Assembly (NCBI GenBank): GCA_907165135.1
Contig: OU015569.1
Coordinates: 7,254,001 to 7,318,000 of the forward strand
Reading direction: 5' to 3'
DNA: 64,000 nt
Source of the DNA: Oikopleura dioica
Lineage: Eukaryota; Animalia; Chordata
The position numbers and the translations under genes are program-made. Each line of letters starts with the position of its first letter. Positions within the stretch are counted from its first letter, which is position 1. This document shows positions 1 to 12,822 of the stretch, one piece after another. The notes under the pieces were generated by a model, which was given only the letters and a program-made list of their open reading frames with translations, ran no database searches and was not told where the DNA came from.

Positions 1-403
1 TAAACTACATGTCGGTTTCTTGTCCCTCTGCATTATTGCAGATCAATCAAATAGGGTGAATATATCAGTACAAAGTTGTGAAAAATTAAGAAAATGAAAG
101 TCATCATTTTAATTAAAATTAAATCGATCTCCGTATACGATTTTTTTCGTTAGACAAGGATGGTTCAGTTTATCTATTTTCGTTACGCGAGCGGAGCTAA
201 AAACGTAATCAGGGACCATTTTACGATTCGTGGATGCGCGTTGTTCGCCGAAGTCTACAAGATTGTTCGAGTTTAAAGATAGAAAAGAACAAAAAGAAAC
301 AAATAAACGGCCTGCGGCGAGCGTATATTCTTATAAATCAGCTGATTCAGTTTTGAAGAGAAGAAAAAAGTGAAGACCAAAAAATGATGAAAAAATCTAA
401 AGG

Positions 404-3195
404 ATGAGAAAATTTTTGGCGCTGCTCGTGGCCATAGACGCATTCAATGACGAAATCCTGGGAAACAAAGACGATATCCTCAACGATGATATTAATTTGA
501 ATCGCAATTGCTACGTGAAACTTCCAAAGCAGTATAACACCAACATTTATCAGCCTTTTAGTAGCTTAAAAAATATCGATATCAGGTGAGAAAATAATGC
601 CTTGTAGTGGCTCGCTGAATCTTAAATCTAAACACTTTTTCAAGCTGACCCGAGATAATAACTATAAAATAACACTAAAATTACTCTACCAAATAAAAGA
701 TCTCGAAAATATACAATTTCAAATAGAGAAAGTTGTTGCGGTCCTCATTAAAAGTGGTTATTCAAAGCATAAAACAAAGCTTTGCCGGATTTCTATTTAA
801 CTTTATCAAAGGTGGTCTCTAAAATGCGAGAACAATGATGTTTTGACATTCTGCGGTGACATTTCAATAAATCTCCGGGAATCGAAAGAAAAGTATGTGC
901 CGTTTGACATTCGTGACGTTCAGCGACTTACAAAAAAGGAAGAATTTACGGTCGACAGCAGTTCTTGTTACTCAGCGGAAGCTGTAAAAAATAAGAGTTT
1001 AACAACAGATTCCGGATTACTACTAAATTTAAAGACGACGACGATTTCTTACACACAAAATGAACGTGCTTCTTTTGGAATATCTATAGGAACAGGGTTT
1101 TACACTCATTTCTAGTTGATCGGAAGTAACATCGGGAGTTCTGTTAACCCACTGCAGTGATCCAACGCGAAAAATCGGCGGAGAAAGATTTCCTTGAAAA
1201 GCTCTCTTCGCTCATCCAGAAGACGACAAATGATGGTTCAGCACGCGTGACCCTTCTTGGGAACCAGAGTGCAGCACTTGAGTCACACAGAACGCTTGGA
1301 TTCGAAGTCGATGTAAGGGCAGAGCCACTCTGCCCCACCCAAATACCCTTCTTCGACCTTAGCTTCTTAGCTGGGGATCAGTGCTGGCGCCAGGAAAGAG
1401 TCAGCTATACTAAACTATTCCACTGATAGTAAAGCGGGATCAGGCTTGGAAAGGACATGCCTGTCGTAACCTTCGGGGGGAGATTTTCGTCAGAAATAAT
1501 TGTTATCATATAAATGGTTCCCGCGTCGTTAAAGATGACTTCCAAAACAGGAGGCAAAGAGTCCGCGATGTCTTTGCTCGGGTCCATATAATTTAGAAAA
1601 CAAAGTTAATCATGTTTTATTGCTTCTAATCTGCTTTTTCATGAGAACAGATTTCATTCAAGAGCAGCTTGCCTCAATTAACCTTAGCCGAGGTTCACTC
1701 GAGTTAGACCAATTAAATGCCAGCAATAAATATTGTAGAAGACAGTTAATCTTAATAATTATTTACGCTGACCCGGCAAAAGCGTGATATTAACAAAACA
1801 ATCTTGGCAGAGTTAGATAATGATGGGAAAGTTGCGATCCATGGGAAATACTCCTCAGCTGTCTCGTCGTTCGTCATCATTTCTGTCGCTCAAGGAATTC
1901 TCCTAGCAGCTACACTCATTTTTACCATTCTTATTTTCAAGGTATGAGCTCTTAGCTTATTGAAATGACTCCGAAGATATTTTAAGTTAAACTATTATTA
2001 AAAGTTTGTTTTTATAGCGTCGACCCTACGATCATCAATTTTACAAGGCAGAAAAAAGTATCTATGGTTTCTCACTATTTGTGGCCTTCATGCGTTTTCT
2101 AATTTCCACGATGATTTGCTATCAATACCCGAAAAACTCCTTTGTGAACACGGAAGCCGTTATTCTGTTCTTCATTTTCGTTTATATCGACTTGTTGATT
2201 TATATTCTACACTTTCTCAATTTGCTCCGGCGAGTTTGGAGCAACAACATTATTGGTGGTCATTATTATCTGCCGCTTAGATATTTTGGACACTCGCTTC
2301 AAACTCTGCTTTCAACGATACCCAAGCACTGCGTAGTCTATATTTATTACTGGTAATATCCGCAGATCCACTTATTTATCTGTAACATTCACTTTCAGTC
2401 GGACGCTCCCTGTTTCTGGATACATACCTGTTGGAATAATGTTGCTTATTTGGACGGAACTCATCCTGATTCCGATGATTCTAGTGATTCAGTCGCTCGA
2501 TTTGCGCTTCCACTTACCTGATCTTCAAAAGGACAACACTAAAATATTTTCGTCGTTTGTTATCATCAACTATTTGCAAAGCGCTTCGCAGTTGTTTGTC
2601 AATCTCTCATTATTAGGCGCTACCTATTTAAGGTTTTGTGAATTTTGAAAAGTACCAAAAATCTAATTTTATAGGCAAATCATTGTCTCCTTTTACGCCG
2701 ACGCTGAGTTTACGGATTTGAAACCACCTGAAAGTTACTCGAATGACTCAATAGCTGGATCATCGCGTAAGAAACAATATCGTACACCGAAACGGATGGT
2801 TAATTTGTTTCTAGCTATAAATTTGGAGAATTTACCAGGTCTACAGGCTTTCGCACCAAGACTTGGAAGCTGCACGTCGCTCAGTAAGTTCAAATTCAAT
2901 GGAATGGGGATTAAAAACTGCTTCAACAATCTCGAAACAATTATCTTGGCTATTGCATTAGGAATTGGTCGAGAATTTCAAACTAAATGAAGCTAAAGGA
3001 GCTCAGATTCTGACCATGAGAAAAGTCAGCTTAGTACTCTCCGGATCAACGAGCATATACTTCGGTTGGTACTCTAGAAAAACCTTCCGAGATATATCGA
3101 AAAACTTCCGAGAGCTGTATGATAGAACAGAAGACAGACTTCCCATCAGAAACTACAATGCTGACTCTTACGGCCGTCGTGGGCATGGTGAATGA
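404..3195 (+). CDS. Multi-exon protein with a signal-peptide-like N-terminus and several hydrophobic C-terminal segments (adhesion-GPCR-like topology, family not recognised)
   Basis: MRKFLALLVAIDA at 404. Later exon fragments are hydrophobic (SSFVIISVAQGILLAATLIFTILIFK; EAVILFFIFVYI; LETIILAIALGIG). Exon structure only partly resolved. Confidence 0.4.
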
Positions 3196-3626
3196 GATTA
3201 AGATAATTTAAGCATTTTATTTTGCTTTGAATTTATTTATTATTCACCCGGAAAGAATGGAAATACCGGGGCACAGTCGGACAGTTTCTTCGGACAGAAT
3301 GACGTTTCAGTAAAAAAAATTGCTACCAATCGGACAGAAGCCGAACAATCCAAGTCCATGAACGTCGAGGTAGGAGCATTTTCATGAAAGTGTTGCCTTG
3401 CGAATACCCGGCGGACATATAAACCTGCACATTTTTATAAATTCATCCTGCAAGTTCAAAAGTCCAGATTCAACATTAAATAAAAGGACTATTTATTCGA
3501 AAAAAAAAAAGAAGTTAGAATTTAAATATAGAAGTTAGTAATGTTTGTAGAAATATCCCTAGGTTTGAAAGAAAAGTCGTAATGTACGGTCAAAGATTAG
3601 CAGTGAGAGGCGTGTCGACTGTCGGA

Positions 3627-4348
3627 TCAACAAACTGTCATTATTCCGTCAATACTGTCAAGTAAAGGCTTCTTTATATTAGCGGAACTTTCCTTAGTAT
3701 GATCGCTCGTGCCGAAAATTATCTCCCCAAAAGCTTTTGCAGTGGGACTACAACCAATTGCTAGAGAGCATGGACGACACTAAAAATACTAAGTTTTTGC
3801 TCATCGTTGAATTCTTTCCACCTGAAGACAATTCCAGCAATCAGGTCGAGTCGGATTTTTAAGACACCCCAGGCAAAAAGTGCACTTGTTACAGTGAGCG
3901 AACTGATCGCAAGTCCCTTTCAGACAAGCTACACAAGTCATACATGAAAGACATCTTTTAACCTGATCAGAAAATCTGAGCTAAGAACGAGCCGAAATTC
4001 TCATGACCAGTTACTAGTGCATTCTTCGCAAGGCCCGGTCCAAGTGTTCAACATGTACTCAAGGGGTTGACAAAAGAGGCGTCCAAAGAGACTTTAATTA
4101 GTAAGTGATAATTTATTTGTATTTTAGCAACCCTTACAGCGAATATTTGAGACAGTCGACGCAATGATAGCAGTTTCCGCAGCGCTGGACGCATTCGCCG
4201 CAAATCGCTTCGTCTTCGTGGTGCTCGTCGATTGTTACGCCAGTTTCGTTGAGGAGCTCTGAAGGTGCTAGCAGAACCTCCTTAATTTATGTACAATCAA
4301 ACCTTCAGCGGCAAGGTGCAAAATTAAAAAGTGGATTAAAAATTCCAT
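3627..4348 (-). CDS. Cys-rich protein (~175 aa, 24 Cys) with four CxxCxxCxxC motifs; not in the ORF track
   Basis: Manual splicing gives ...AICGECVQRCGNCYHCVDCLKYSLLFGRLFCQPLEYMLNTWTGPCEECTNFSDQVKRCLSCMTCVACLKGTCDQFAHCNKCTFCLGCLKNPTRPDCWNCLQCRPCSLAIGC...TVC*. The 5' end is uncertain (ATG 4348, or an upstream ATG at 4482). Confidence 0.7.
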
Positions 4349-4672
4349 CTTTCTCTCTCTTGGCGGAAAGCGAAATCAGATATCTTAGAAATAAACTTTT
4401 TGGCGCTAACGGAAAATCCCGCAGATGTTCGCTTGAGTGTTATTTTGGTACATATTTTCGCTGAATTAACCATATAAGACATACTGTAGTTAACTATTTG
4501 TAGTAGTCATAACGATAAGCTACGTAACTAAATATGATATTTGTTGGAATTGCACCACGTCCTTCAGACGTTGTTTTGAAAGTGCACTCGTAAGGGTCTC
4601 ACGGTAAGATTGAAGTCTACCTATTTGTTAACTACGCCAGCTAAAACACACGGCTCAAGCTAACGCAACAAT

Positions 4673-5227
4673 TTATGCGTTAGTTTTGAGCCGTCTACCT
4701 GGTCTCTTCTGGTAAGGAATGTCGAATTCCTTCTTGAGATGAAGGATCCACGAGTGTGAGAACTCCAATCTGGCGATGTCGTCCCACTTCTTCCACTCGT
4801 CGAGATCAGCAGTTTTCCGGGCAATGTAAACCATGTCATCATTTGTCACCCTCTTCTTTGTCGCTTGCTCCTCCAGAATCAGCTCAGCAAGATGTGCTCG
4901 GAATCGCTGCATTCCAATCGTTTTGCCAATTCTTTCCTTTGGAGATTGCATATCCACGATTGCATCTTTATCCTTAATTAGCTTTCGGACTTGGTACCGT
5001 GTTACCGTGAGACCAAGTCTAGCCGAAACTAGTTCAACTAGCTTCCTACATCCTAAGTCCTTATTCTCTAGATGCAACTGAACAATCTCTTTCTTTTGCG
5101 AAACATTGAGCGGCCGCTTCCTCGCTTCTTCTAGAGCTTTTTTGTATTTCACCGTGAATGTCTCCGTCCATCTTCCAGGAGGGATTTTCATGCCCCATTC
5201 CCAATTCTTTTCGTACTCTGTCATCAT
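4673..5227 (-). CDS. Intronless CENP-B/pogo(Tigger)-type DNA-binding protein with two HTH domains and no DDE domain
   Basis: RKRPLNVSQKKEIVQLH...RKLVELV...YQVRKLIKDKDAI resembles the CENP-B N-terminal HTH. ...VTNDDMVYIARK...LEFSHSWILHLKKEFDI resembles the Tc5 HTH (FxxSxGWLxxFKKR). Confidence 0.7.
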   Translation of the reverse strand: MMTEYEKNWEWGMKIPPGRWTETFTVKYKKALEEARKRPLNVSQKKEIVQLHLENKDLGCRKLVELVSARLGLTVTRYQVRKLIKDKDAIVDMQSPKERIGKTIGMQRFRAHLAELILEEQATKKRVTNDDMVYIARKTADLDEWKKWDDIARLEFSHSWILHLKKEFDIPYQKRPGRRLKTNA

Positions 5228-5574
5228 TTTTGGTGGGCTTTGTTTGTAAGTTTACTGTTTTTTCTGCGGTTTTGCAGTGGACGGGGGTTTATATTCCCGC
5301 GATCCCCAGCTGTGCATTACCGGCTGGAACTTTCTCGCTTAGCGCCACCTTCCATATCCTAGTTTTCGTAAAGGTACCCTGCTGCGAGATTCTGACTAGT
5401 TATCAAGATCTGACTCTGACGGTGCATGCAGCATGCTATTTGGTCTAATAATCTTGGGTTGTAAACACATTGTCGAAAATTACCGATTCATGGCAGTTTT
5501 CTGATAGTTCTACAGTAGAACTCCTACTCGTATACATAATAATTTATTTTTGAACAGAAGATGAAATCAAGAGT

Positions 5575-5933
5575 TTACTCTTCGTCCTCTTTGTATAGTT
5601 CTGGAAGTTTGAGGCCAACCAAGTTTGCAGCTTCTTGAACAGAACGCTCTCCTTTTCCATGGTAGATTTTGATCAACTCTTGATGCTTCCTGGAATTTTC
5701 GAGCAAGCAGAGATAAGTCTCGGCGTCAACTACTGCTGCGCCAGGTTGTCGACAGTATCTGTTCTCTGAGATTTGGTTGACACTAAGAAACATTAATACT
5801 AAACTTATTCCATTTTTACTGACTCGAATAAATCTTGGGCGCGGTAGAATGCACTCCACTGTTCTTTGGGCCATCCCTTGTACAGCAGTCCGATTTCCCT
5901 CAACAACTTTCCCCTCACCGAATTCAAAGGCAT
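5575..5933 (-). CDS. FMC1: FMC1 (LYR-family, mitochondrial complex V assembly factor)
   Basis: TYLCLLENSRKHQELIKIYHGKGERSVQEAANLVGLKLP matches the FMC1 C-terminus. Exon 1 is MPLNSVRGKLLREIGLL, preceded by the acceptor ctccag|aATG. Confidence 0.9.
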
Positions 5934-6155
5934 TCTGGAGAAACAAAGATCAAAATTTGACGAAGTTGCCGTTATTATATTACTATATCAATGTGTAAGG
6001 AACGTGAAGAGAAAAAAAGCAATAAACGTATCCGTTGGGAGATATTGGAAAATCAGATATTCAGAAGGAAACATTTTGGGCAGGAATAATAGGAACGGAG
6101 AGTGCACACGATTTGAACTGTGCTTTGATAGTCTTTTGAAGGCACAAAATATAAC

Positions 6156-9100
6156 TCAACGGCGCTTTTTCTTCTTCGTTGGGCGCTTACGTCTGTTTGA
6201 AGTTTTCTTATTGTTGGAAGCGTCTTCGAAAGGCATTTTAGATTCAGAGTCGGAGACGGATTCAGGCGTGATCAGACAGCGCGAGTCATCGTAATCGTCG
6301 AATTCGGGTCCAAACCTATTGACAGGGCTTTGCTTCTTGGCTGAGATAACAGTAATTTATGAATTTACGCGATTGAAGCAATACCTATTACGCGACTCGA
6401 TTTGGGTGTGCCGATTGGGCCGAAAATAATTTCCTCGTCGCTTCCAGGAATATTCTCGTTGTCTGAATCTTCATCATCGTCGAGCAAGAGTTCTTCGCAA
6501 ATCTTTCGGCCGACGTTACTTGAATCAGCAGTGTCTGAGCTTGTAGAGAGCTGACGAACGAAAGAGATACCGCGCTGAATGAGATTTCCGGCCGTAGAAT
6601 TTGAGATAATTTCGGGAAGAGCTGAAATAGATTCAGTCAATCTTCGGGATGAAATTATTCGCTAACCTTGGAGGGGAAATTGTGGAAGGAGCTCTGGAAT
6701 TATTCGCGGCTCAAGATTACTGTAGTCATTGTCTGAGAGACCATGGAAACGATTCGAGAAAGAATCATCAGCAGCTTCATTGGAAAAGGAGTTTCTTGTG
6801 TCCGGAGCAGACGACCCAGATTTTGAAATTTTGAAACCTTCTTTAGCCAATCGTACTCTTTCGGATTCACGTCGGTCTGACTCAATTATCTCTAGCACCG
6901 ATATTAAAGAAGTCTTCTTGAGTTCCAGTGAAATTATGTCTATTTAAATGAGATTTGACCTCTTTTTCGTAATTTACCTGGTTCACTCCGAATAGGAACA
7001 TCTCTATGTATAGTCCGGGTGGACCCGTCAAGCATTAAACAAGATGAATCTTCGTCATTGGGGCGGTATCGGATTCTCTATAGGCTGGAATGATATCAAG
7101 ATTAGTTAATTCCATTTACCTTTGGACTCCTTTCTTGAAAAATGAGTTTAGTTTTGATTTTGTGAGAGTAAGGGATCATCTTTGGACTTTCGCCGGCCGA
7201 TTTGTTGGTTAAATTTGTAGACTTGAGAGCAGGCTGTAGCTTTGAGGCTTCTCTATCGTCATTCTCTTTGCTTGGAGTTATAATTTCTGGCTCCCTTTCG
7301 CTCTGATTATCTTTTTGGTTGATGTCGAACTCCTTCGGTACGGCTTGGACGATCGGGCTATTTGTAAGTAGAACTTCGTTATTCTCTGCGTTTTGAATAG
7401 CTGTAGACTTATTGAAATATCTATAATTTGGATTAAGGGACACACTCAAGCATAAAAGGGTCTCTTTTAAAATCCATTCCTGGATGTAAGCTCTGGCTGA
7501 GTTTCATATGCGACTCGGCGGACATTTGCAGCCAAGACGCTGCAGTAAGATTGGTCGAAGAAGATGGAGAAGAAAGGATCATTGGTTTTCTCGTAGTCAA
7601 GGCTAACCGCCTCATATGTGATCCGGAGAAGATTCGGAAACGCGCGTGACCAGTAGTGGAAAAAAGACTCCGATGTTTCGCCCAGAATTTCACGTGCTTC
7701 GCAAGTCAAATCGCGGAAATGGTGCCGCTTGTTGCGAAGAGCACGGAGCAAGTCTCTTATCCCATCATTATAATTTCGGAACTTTCGAAGATCTTCCTGT
7801 AATTCCGACTCCAAGCGAAGGCGCCAATCGCTTCCGGCGATTCGCTCGGAGTTCATCTCCAGATATTTTGTCATTTCGAAGTTCTCGATGTTTTTCTGTT
7901 CTTGCGGGTTTTGAGAGAGGCGATCAGATGTGAGCGCCAGAAATCGGATTTTCTTGTCCGAATTCCAAAATATTGGATGTTCCTGGACACCTTTCATTGG
8001 GAGCCGATGTTGGGGATCAGGTTGAATCATATTCAAAATGAGATTTTCATGAAGAGAAGAAATTCCTTTGAGGTCGTGTTTTCCTTTTGATTGTTTTATT
8101 CTGATATTGTTATTGCCAATCTCGATGTATTTACTAATATTTTTATCTTTGGTTATTTAATATCTACTGTAATATGTTATATAACAAAATTTGAATGAAA
8201 CATTCCTTGACGGATGCGAGCTTGGCGCATGAAGAACTCATGGCCGTAAGGATGCTTTCCGTCGGATAGTACGAAATAAAATACACATCCGAGCGAGAAG
8301 ATATCCACCGAATATGTAATTTTGCTGACATCACACTGAAATACTTCTGGTGCTGCCCAACCTTCCGTTCCGTGAAGATCCGTGACGGAAATCGAGTGTC
8401 TGCCTGGATTGACTTGCCGCGATAGCCTAGATTAGTAATAAATAGATAACGGAGCATTTAATTACCCGAAATCTGCGATTACAGCTCTACGACACCTATG
8501 TCTATTTCCGTAAGTGATGAGGATGTTACTTGGCTTGATGTCCCTATGGATAACTCCAAGAGAATGCAACTGCTCGACCCCGGCACAACAATGCTTCAAA
8601 ATCTCATCACGCGGGAGATCGCTTTCGAAGGTGTGCTGATTTTGTACGTAAAAATCTAAGTCTCCTTGACATAACTCGAGGGCGATGTAAATAAATTGTC
8701 GGTCCTTCTCCGAGCAAAAGTAGCGTAGCAAATTTGGATGGTCAGCCTGGCGCAGCAAGTCGATTTCTCTGTCTGCTAACTGATAGCTATCAACCAGCAA
8801 CCTCTTCAATAAAAATTCAAATAAAGCCGGAATCGATCGACTTACTTTGACTGCAACATCGCGCCCGTCGAAAGATCCGCGGAAGACGGAAGTTCCCATA
8901 CATCCTTTCCCGAGGAACTCACTCGGGTCAAAGGATATCTTTCCGATTGAATGCGGCGCTTTGGGGAAGATGTTTCGCCAAGAAAACTGCACAATAAGAA
9001 TCAGAAAGAGAAGGAGAACAAGCGCCTAAAATTGTTAGTAACTGAGTACAACGCTTACTGATACCTGAAGAACATGAACGTTGGATAGCGTTTCCCGAGT

Positions 9101-11030
9101 AATGTCAATGGCGGTCAAGAATTTACTCTCACTCTTCGAGCCTTTTTTAGGATTACTTCGCTTTTGGCGATTGCGATCGCGCCGCTCACGCCGTCGCTCC
9201 TTGTGCTTTCGGCGTCGTTTTTCGCGTTGCATGTGCAAATTAATGAAAATCTTTTCTAACTAAGGTTCACCAGATGATTTCATGCAGACAACAATGAGCA
9301 AACAACTATTAGCTTAATTTAATGATAAGTTGATGTCTATAACCCATCACAATCAAAGCAAAAATCAAATGGAATATCCATGCACATAAAATGATGATAC
9401 GGATGATGATTTCGCATGCAAGTGTCTCAGAAGAGCTGAAGATCAGAACGAAATATTTTAAAGATAGAGCCTAAATCCTATTCCTTGCAATCGAGCAAAT
9501 ATCCCCATATGCTCACTTTCCAAAAGATTATTATCTGAATTAGGTAAAACCTCAACTTGTACGGCCGCATCTTTTCGATCGCTTGCTGAGGCACCCGGGA
9601 GATCGCGTCCGGGAATTTGGCTCGGGGCAGGGCAGTTGGTCAAGCTCTCGCTACCGGGGTTGTTGTTCAGATTCGGTCCAGAAGATTCATCAGGAGAGCC
9701 GCATACATCCGTGCTCTTCCCTGGTAAGAGGCGTACTCCATCAGAAGCGTATTTTGTCGGCTTCAAGTCGGTAACAGGCAGAGGATAGTAGCCCAACGGA
9801 TTCGTTCCAGAATCTGTCGATGACGGCATTTCCGGCAGCATCATGTAATTAGGCGCCATACTATTTAAAACATAGAGCTTTTTTCCATAGAGACCGACGT
9901 AAACCTGCAGACTACGTGTGTCTTTAGGGCGAAAAGGTTCAAAGTAGCCGGAGTCGAAGGACTGGAAGGGAAACTTGAAGAGACCTCCATTGTAAATATT
10001 GTAAGCTCCAATGATCGGATATCCAAAATTAGCTTGCCACTTGATAGTGTTGTCAAGAAAGTTTTTAGCGACGATTGTTCCGCAGTTTGAACAGACTTCG
10101 ATACGTATTTGAGGATTGCTCAGTTCTAACTCTTTTGCTGCGAGCTCCGAGTAGGTTAAATTCCATTTGACCTCATTAGTGTTACTGTCGAAAATTGTGA
10201 GTGAGTAGACAGTGTAGCCCACGAATAATTTCTCGTGATGAAGCGGAATCGGCGTTGGAATTTTAGATTCTCCACCACCTTGGTCGATTTTTTGAATAAC
10301 GTCTCCCGTCGTTGAATCCAAGATCTGCCAGTTGTCCTTTTTGTCGCCGACGTATAGCTTACCGTCTTCTGCTTTTGTTGGAGAGCTTTCGATCATTTCT
10401 TGAATCGTCATTCCCATTTTTCGAAGCTCTGCCTGCTCGCCATAATCTGTTTCAGAACGATCGAAGTAGTAAATGGATCCATCTGATGGATCAGGCACGA
10501 AGCTCAAGTCGAAGTTGTCAGCGTTGGGTTCTTTGTATTGCGGAAACCAGTCTCTTTTTATCACAGTGTCCCATTTAGTCGATCCGTCCAGGGGATCCAC
10601 TGCATGGAGTCGGCCGTCAATCGTCTGCAGCAAAAGCGGGCCACTTAGAGAGCTGGGACTTAGTTCCGGGAGGCTAAGCCACTCGTCGCCTATGTATTAC
10701 ATTGTTACTTGAGTGCTCGCAGGAGACATCAATAATCAACGAGAAATCACATGTTTATTCTAATATTCGCTCTCTACTGAAACAATCGAATGAAATAATC
10801 AGATGTGTTCTATTCAAGAAAGTGCCTATTTAGAATGAAAACAACGTGCATGAGGTTACCTGGCAGCGTTCGCGCCTTTTTCCGAATAACTTGGATATTT
10901 TAAAAATTTGAAATTTAAAGAAAAAGCTGAGATTTGCAGAGAAACACATACCTGATTCGTCATCATAATCATCTGCAAGGTCCCCTGCAGAGAGCAAGGC
11001 TAGAACTAATGAAACAATAAATTTCAGCAT
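6156..11030 (-). CDS. ERN1: IRE1 (ER luminal domain, TM, Ser/Thr kinase, KEN RNase) with a long C-terminal extension
   Basis: Signal peptide MLKFIVSLVLALLSA (11030); luminal domain LLQTIDGRLHAVD...W; kinase LGKGCMGT / VAVK / HRDIKPSNIL / DFG; KEN motif DLLRALRNKRHH. Spliced frame continues to a stop at 6156. Confidence 0.95.
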
Positions 11031-11405
11031 GATGGATATTTCTTTTTCGTTAAAAATCTGCTTTCTTGCGAATTCTTTCTCCGACTTCCATTCTAACGAT
11101 GTGCGCCGTTAGATCTCTCTTACGAGTCAAAAAGGAATCCGGCGGGCTACTTCAGAGCTTTCGAGTTTCTAACGCTCAGAGGAACGAATGCGCTCGGTGA
11201 CGCGGCGCGCCTAGTTAGGCGACGTGGCTCAGCGCCAGGTTCTATTATAGCGCACGAAATATTGCAAAATGGAATTATTGAATTTGGGGACTCGCATTTT
11301 GTAGACAGAAGATCATTTAATGTGAACTTTGCTGAAGTAACTGGCAGGACAATAAATAGTTTACTCTAAATTAACTATTGAAGCAGCAGGCAACAGTTTT
11401 TCTTC

Positions 11406-12822
11406 TTAGACGACTTTGATAGGATCGCTGTCGAGTTCAGAAACAATGAATTGGATATCTCTCTTCTTCACCATATCATTTTCCTGAAATGCGTAGATTA
11501 GATTCTTATTATCCTTGAAAAACGAGCAATAAGATTTTACGAGTTTATTCACACTGATTAATCGTCTGTTTAGACAATGAGTGTTTTGTGCTTTTTCCTA
11601 CCATTATTTTCGTCTTGAATGACTCCAGAAAGCCTCGCTCCGTGTTAGAATGCTCCGCGAGAATAACCGATGTATTATTCTCCTGCGCATCTAATGCTTC
11701 GTGGTGGCCCATTTCTCCAGTAACCCACAAGTCTACTTTGCCAGCATGGCTCAAGACAGAGGCGCCAGAACCAGCGCAGACCGCAATCGTACTCACTAAC
11801 CCGTCAGGACCCTTAATTTTAAGATTAAGAAAAGACAGCTGTAACGAGAGCGATAGTCATATTTGATTAATATACGAACATTTTACCGTATCATTCGCTG
11901 TAACCAAACGCAAGTTCGGAAGCTTGAGATGTCTCTTGGTGAGATCAACCACCTCGGAAAGCTTCATCGGCTCCGTAAGAACACCTTTACGACCCATCCC
12001 TGTACCTTCAACAGGGATAGAACCCAAGCAAACAAGCTGGAAATTGTCGATCGAAGACAAGTACTTTTCGGAGAGTTTAGGAAGGTCGCGTTTAAATATC
12101 CGACCACTTAGCTCACCAGCGTCTGAGATTTTCGTCTTGTTGAAATTCTTTCGGAAAGCTTTTCTGTCGACAGAGTCTCTGGCTTGTCCTGAGATCTCGT
12201 ACATTTCTCGAGTATCGAAAGTTGGAGATATCGGTACATGTTTCGAATGTCCGAGAATGCCCTCTAAAAATTTTATTATTCGGTGACCAAAAGAACTATG
12301 CAATAACCGATAAGCCAAGCGTTGACACCTTCTGCCCATGCATCGTGTGCAGTGTGTGGCGAATAAATAGCGATGTTGTTCTTCAGACATTCAGTCACAA
12401 TTCTGTCTTTCCAATTGTCTTGTGAAATGCGCTTGAACTCACGAAAAAGCGGAGGATGATATGAAATGATTAAATTCGCTTTTCCAGGCTTTGAAAGTCA
12501 AACCTTTCTTATTTGATAATGTACTTTTCGTCAAAATGGACAATTAAAAGATGTAAGATTACTGATTCAATAAAGCTGATTATACAGTTGTACACTTATG
12601 ATAAAAATTGATGATCGTACTACGATCATCGTAGAAAAATAAAAGCCTCCCTTTGAAGTCGACGGCCTCTTTCATAACCCGGGAAGTGAGATCGTTAGTC
12701 AACAGCACTCGCTCAACAAAACAATCCGCCGGTTCAAGAAGGAGTCCAACATTGTCCCACTTGGCAGCGTGCCTTGTAGGAGCTAGTTTCTCAAGAACAT
12801 CACAGAAGGCACGCAGTTTCAT
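11406..12822 (-). CDS. NIF3L1: NIF3-like protein 1 (DUF34)
   Basis: WDNVGLLLEP, LLTNDLT, IAVCAGSG, TGEMGHHEALDA, HSNTERGFL. Confidence 0.95.

Noticed and set aside
3627-3629. TGA after the final Cys of the Cys-rich gene as possible Sec
   Set aside because: No SECIS-like element is seen downstream; treated as an ordinary stop.
5511-5530. TA-CAGTAGAACTCC resembling a pogo TIR near the CENP-B-like ORF
   Set aside because: It points away from the ORF and has no matching partner end.
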